Of a stretch of 18,865 nucleotides of DNA, positions 18,065-18,865 are shown in pieces. Position numbers and translations under genes: made by a program. The stretch spans positions 1-18,865 of the forward strand of contig CAVSBT010000034.1 of assembly GCA_963726245.1 (NCBI GenBank). The letters run 5' to 3'. The notes under the pieces were generated by a model. It made no database searches. It saw nothing but the letters and a program-made list of their open reading frames with translations, and was not told the origin of the DNA. The stretch's first letter is position 1; every line of letters begins with the position of its first letter. The DNA is from an uncultured Chloroflexia bacterium (GTDB taxonomy: Bacteria > Chloroflexota > Dehalococcoidia > DSTF01 > JALHUB01).

Positions 18065-18670
18065 ATGGACCTCAACATCGTCCGTCCGTCGGAACGCGCG
18101 GATGCCCGCGCCAATCGCGCCCGTCTGGTCGAAGCGGCGCGCGCGGTCTTTAGTGAGCGGGGCCTCGCCGCCGAGATGAAGGAGATCGCGGAACGCGCTG
18201 GCGTCGGCGTCGGCACGATCTACCGCAACTTCCCCAGCAAAGAGGACCTGGTCCTTGCAATCATGAGGGATGCCCTTGCTGCTGCCATCGCAGAGGCGCG
18301 CGTGGCCGAGGCGATGGATGACCCAATCGATGGACTGCGCGCGCTGCTCGTGAGCGCGCTCGCCATGGTTGAGCGCCACGGCTGGCTGGTCGAGGCGGCG
18401 CTCGGCGGCCAGTTCCTGCCCAATCCTCAGATGCGAGCCGAACTAGGACACCACGAGCACCTGGGGCGGTTCGAGCGCCTGATCCAGCATGCCGTGGACC
18501 AGGGACGCCTGCGCGCGGATCTCGACGTGCCGGTGGCGGCCGCGATGCTTGCTGGCATAACCACGCCATGGAGTTACCGCCGCCTCCTCGCCGGGCGCAC
18601 GCCGGAGCAAGCCGCGGACGCGATCATGAGGTCGTTCCTGCGCGGAGCCGCTCCTGACGCATCTGCTTAG
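18065..18670 (+). CDS. TetR/AcrR family transcriptional regulator
   Basis: RADARANRARLVEAARAVFSERG, MKEIAERAGVGVGTIYRNFPSKEDL HTH; AVDQGRLRADLD in the C-domain. Start ATG18065 or GTG18059. Confidence 0.95.
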   Translation: MDLNIVRPSERADARANRARLVEAARAVFSERGLAAEMKEIAERAGVGVGTIYRNFPSKEDLVLAIMRDALAAAIAEARVAEAMDDPIDGLRALLVSALAMVERHGWLVEAALGGQFLPNPQMRAELGHHEHLGRFERLIQHAVDQGRLRADLDVPVAAAMLAGITTPWSYRRLLAGRTPEQAADAIMRSFLRGAAPDASA

Positions 18671-18835
18671 GTGACGTTCCAATCGCCGCGCACTCGGGCT
18701 GCCAAAAGCAAGCAATGAGAGGACCGGAGCTCTGGTCCTGGCGCTTTGCGGGCGGCGGCTAGCTTACGGTAAGCGGCGGCTGGAGGATGTGTTCCGGCCC
18801 TCCCGCCGCTCACGAACCGCTGGGCGTGGCTGGCG

Positions 18836-18844
18836 TGATATGAT
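18836..18844 (+). promoter_or_regulatory. Possible extended -10 element for a gene beyond the window
   Basis: TGa-TATGAT near the window edge; no clear -35. Confidence 0.3.
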
Positions 18845-18865
18845 CAACTACGCTAGTCGGAGATT

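Noticed and set aside
1-18865. CRISPR arrays, tRNA/rRNA, integrase or intact transposase, defence genes
   Set aside because: No regularly spaced repeats, cloverleafs or diagnostic motifs found by eye.

Overview
High-GC bacterial window. Gene style and an RND pump with no adaptor or outer-membrane partner suggest a monoderm such as Chloroflexota, but that is inference only. Left to right: (1) a response regulator that, after repairing a one-base indel, is an intact receiver fused to a helical domain resembling the KaiA C-terminal/RsbU-N bundle; (2) four minus-strand genes: a 14-TM protein with a central SAM-binding domain, a TauE/SafE transporter, a DUF4380/mutarotase-like protein and a sugar/G3P-type binding lipoprotein with an in-frame TAG; (3) a decayed patch with an internally deleted MFS paralog, tiny ORFs and a TetR remnant; (4) a MarR + ABC-2 exporter operon; (5) a thiolase; (6) a TetR divergent from an RND + DHA2-MFS efflux operon, with a perfect 20-bp operator. 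Six apparent frameshifts are each repaired by changing one base-run length, so they are probably sequencing errors. No rRNA, tRNA, CRISPR array or intact transposase was seen.
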